Origin: a bacterium
Lineage (GTDB): Bacteria > Sysuimicrobiota > Sysuimicrobiia > Sysuimicrobiales > Humicultoraceae
Direction of reading: 5' to 3'
Assembly (NCBI GenBank): GCA_041497675.1
Contig: JBGQGY010000011.1
Location: 1 to 49,627 of the forward strand
Length of the DNA: 49,627 nt
In this document: positions 45,820-49,627 of the stretch, one piece after another
Position numbering within the stretch: position 1 is the first letter of the stretch
Layout: each line of letters starts with the position of its first letter
Position numbers and translations under genes: made by a program
The notes under the pieces: generated by a model
What the model was told of the DNA's origin: nothing
Database searches by the model: none
What the model saw: only the letters and a program-made list of their open reading frames with translations

Positions 45820-46355
45820 GCGGCCGGGCGCGGCCGGCGCCGCAGGTCGGCATCATCATGGGCAGTACGTCGGACCGGCCGGTGCTCGACGCCGCGGCCG
45901 AGATGCTCACCCAACTGGAGATCCCCCACGAGGTGCGCATCGTCTCGGCCCACCGTACCCCGGACTGGATGTTCGAATACGCGACCGAGGCGGAGCGCCG
46001 CGGTATCAAGGTGATCATTGCCGGCGCGGGCGGCGCCGCGCATCTGCCGGGGATGACGGCCTCCAAAACGGTCTTGCCGGTGATCGGGGTGCCCGTGCCC
46101 AGCGAATATTTGAAAGGGATGGATTCGTTGCTGTCGATCGTGCAGATGCCCGGGGGCGTGCCCGTGGCGGCGGTCGCGATCGGCCGGGCCGGGGCGATCA
46201 ACGCGGCCCTGCTGGCCGCGCGCATCTTGGGCATCAGCGACGAGACGATCCGCGAACGCGTGCGCCGGCACCAGCAGGCGCAGACCGCGCAGGTCCGCGA
46301 GGCCGACCGCGCCGCGCAGGACCCGCCGGCCGGCGAGACACCCAGACGAGCATGA
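45816..46355 (+). CDS. purE: N5-carboxyaminoimidazole ribonucleotide mutase
   Basis: [30 protein letters not shown]. Confidence 0.96.
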   Translation: MSGRARPAPQVGIIMGSTSDRPVLDAAAEMLTQLEIPHEVRIVSAHRTPDWMFEYATEAERRGIKVIIAGAGGAAHLPGMTASKTVLPVIGVPVPSEYLKGMDSLLSIVQMPGGVPVAAVAIGRAGAINAALLAARILGISDETIRERVRRHQQAQTAQVREADRAAQDPPAGETPRRA

Positions 46356-47527
46356 GCGCGGACCGGCCGATCCTTCCCGGCTCGACCCTCGGCGTGATCG
46401 GGGGAGGGCAACTCGGTCGCATGCTGGCCCTGGATGCGAAGCGCATGGGCTATCGGGTGGCCGTGCTGGATCCTTCTCCCGACGCACCGGCCTTTCAGGT
46501 CGCCGACGCGCACATCGTGGCTCGGTGGGAGGACGTCGGGGCCGCCGCCCGGCTCGCCGGACAGGCGAATATCGTCACGTGTGAGGTCGAGCACGTCTCG
46601 CTCGAGGCCGCGCGGGCCGCCGAAGCCGTCCGGCCCGTCCGGCCCGGCGTCGCGGTCCTTGCCGTCTGCCAGCACCGTCTTCGCGAGAAGGCGTTTCTCG
46701 CAGAGCACGGATTTCCCGTGGCACCGTGGCGCGCGGCGGCATCGCCCGCCGCGCTGGAGGCAGCCGTGCGCGACGTGGGACTGCCCTGTGTCGTCAAGCG
46801 ATCGTTCCTCGGCTACGACGGGCGCGGTCAGGCCAGGGTCGCGGGCGTTCACGATTTGGCCGCCGCCGCCGCGCTGGGGTTCGATCGGGGCCCGCTGATT
46901 GTCGAGCGGCTCATCCCCTTTGCGGCTGAGCTCTCCGTGGTCGTCGCGCGGGGGCTCGACGGCGGGCGGCGAATGTATCCGGTTGTGCGAACGGTGCACG
47001 ACGAGGGCATCCTGATCGAAGCGGTCGCGCCGGCGCCGGTCGCCGCGAGTATCGCTGAGCGCGCCGTCGGGATCGCTGAATCGATCGCCACCGTACTCGA
47101 TCTCGTCGGCGTGCTCGCCGTCGAGATGTTCCTGTTGGACCGCGGCGAGATCCTGGTCAACGAACTCGCGCCGCGACCGCACAACTCTGCACACTACACG
47201 ATCAATGCGTGCCCGACGTCGCAGTTCGAGCAGCACGTCCGCGCGATCTGCGGCCTGCCGTTGGGCGCCACCGACCTGCTGCGCCCGGCCGCGATGGTGA
47301 ACCTGCTCGGGGACCGGCGGGGCCCGGTGCGGCTGCGCGGCGTCGATGATGCGCTTGCCGTGCCCGAGGTCTCGTTGCACCTCTACGGCAAAGGCGAATC
47401 GTGGCCGCGGCGAAAACTCGGCCACGTCACCGCGCTCGGCCCGACCCCGGACGAGGCGCTGGCCCGCGCGCGACGCGCCGCCGCCCACCTGCGCTGGGAC
47501 ACGGCCGCCGTGCCGGTCCGGTCCTGA
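46352..47527 (+). CDS. purK: N5-carboxyaminoimidazole ribonucleotide synthase
   Basis: [41 protein letters not shown]. Confidence 0.96.
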   Translation: MSADRPILPGSTLGVIGGGQLGRMLALDAKRMGYRVAVLDPSPDAPAFQVADAHIVARWEDVGAAARLAGQANIVTCEVEHVSLEAARAAEAVRPVRPGVAVLAVCQHRLREKAFLAEHGFPVAPWRAAASPAALEAAVRDVGLPCVVKRSFLGYDGRGQARVAGVHDLAAAAALGFDRGPLIVERLIPFAAELSVVVARGLDGGRRMYPVVRTVHDEGILIEAVAPAPVAASIAERAVGIAESIATVLDLVGVLAVEMFLLDRGEILVNELAPRPHNSAHYTINACPTSQFEQHVRAICGLPLGATDLLRPAAMVNLLGDRRGPVRLRGVDDALAVPEVSLHLYGKGESWPRRKLGHVTALGPTPDEALARARRAAAHLRWDTAAVPVRS

Positions 47528-47535
47528 CGCTTCGC

Positions 47536-48615
<1,080 letters not shown>

Positions 48616-49627
48616 GTTCACGCGGAAGCGTACGAGGAGCACCAGCGACAGCAGCGCCAATCCTCCCGTTGTTGGATCGACGATCGCCGCACGGCCCAGC
48701 CGCCACGACACGCCCGCCATCAGTGCCAGCGAGGCGACGTTCACGCCGTCGAGCAGCGCACCCGCCCAGGCCGATCGCCGCAGACGCGGGATGAGCGGCT
48801 GGCTCAGCGCGACGAGGACAAATGACGGAAGGAATATCCCGACGGTGCCCAGCACGGCGCCGGGCAGCCCGCCGAGGATGTAGCCGATGAACGTCGCCGT
48901 CGTAAAGACCGGACCGGGCGTGAATTGACCGATCGCGATCGCGTCGAGCAGTTGCCGGTCGGTCAACCATCCCAGTCGCTGGACGAAGTCGGCGCGCAGG
49001 AAGGCGAGCAGCACGTACCCGCTCCCGTACAGCACTGAGCCGATCTTCAGGAAGATCAGAAACAGCCGTGAGAGGGAGAAGGGGATCGCGGCCGCCACGC
49101 TCACGGCCGCCGCCACGGCCAGCGCGACCGCGTACGCCGCCCGCCCGAAGTTCCGGCCGATGCTGACTGCCAGCCCCACACCGATCAACAGCGCGATCTC
49201 GTTTGCGCCCGCAAAGTACATCGCGAGCGCCGCGAGACCCGCGAGGCCCGTCAGGGCGTCCTTGATCGCCGTCCGCCCCAATCCCCACAAGGCCTGGACG
49301 ATGACGGCCATGATCACGGGTTTGACGCCATAGAGCAGCCAGGTGGCTTGGGGCGTGCTCCCGTAGCGCGCGTAGACCCACGCCAGCATCGTGACGATCA
49401 CCATCGCCGGCATGATGAATGCCGTCCCGGCAGCAAAGAGCCCCGGCCACCCCGCGCGCCGGTAGCCCAGGTGGATCGCCATCTCCGTGGAGTTCGGGCC
49501 GGGGATCAAATTGGTGGCGCCGACCAGATCGAGGAACTCCTGATCGCTCACCCACCGGCGGCGATGCACGAACTCGTCGCGCATCATCGCGATGTGCGCG
49601 GCCGGACCGCCGAACGCCGTGAGCCCA

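Overview
High-GC bacterial chromosomal segment, almost entirely coding on the + strand. I found no rRNA, tRNA, CRISPR array or mobile element. Most of it is conserved housekeeping gene order: ruvCAB-spoIID-queA...tgt-yajC, folC-fchA-folD, tatAC, maf-radC-mreBCD-mrdA-rodA-rne/rng, rplU-rpmA-obgE-nadD-rsfS and smpB-purEK-sua5, ending in a partial chrA. The standout is an atypical Rieske/cytochrome b cluster (14210-19318). It encodes a dihaem cytochrome c lipoprotein, a Tat-exported Rieske protein and two complementary cytochrome b paralogues. The first paralogue keeps Qo-type motifs but lacks both haem bH His ligands. The second keeps all four His ligands, lacks the Qo motif and is fused to a 2[4Fe-4S] ferredoxin. 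The cluster also holds an MvhD/FlpD-type [2Fe-2S] protein and three small membrane proteins, one of them a 34-aa ORF missing from the ORF track. This suggests an asymmetric bc complex that exchanges electrons with a cytoplasmic Fe-S module instead of running a normal Q-cycle (inference). Other notable items are a GT2-BshB1-divergent BshC-like operon, a Clp ATPase with a degenerate second AAA domain paired with a YbjN-like protein, a FolD lacking cyclohydrolase residues next to FchA, a probable ATC start for folC, and a frameshifted methyltransferase. All calls rest on motif recognition by eye; no searches were run.
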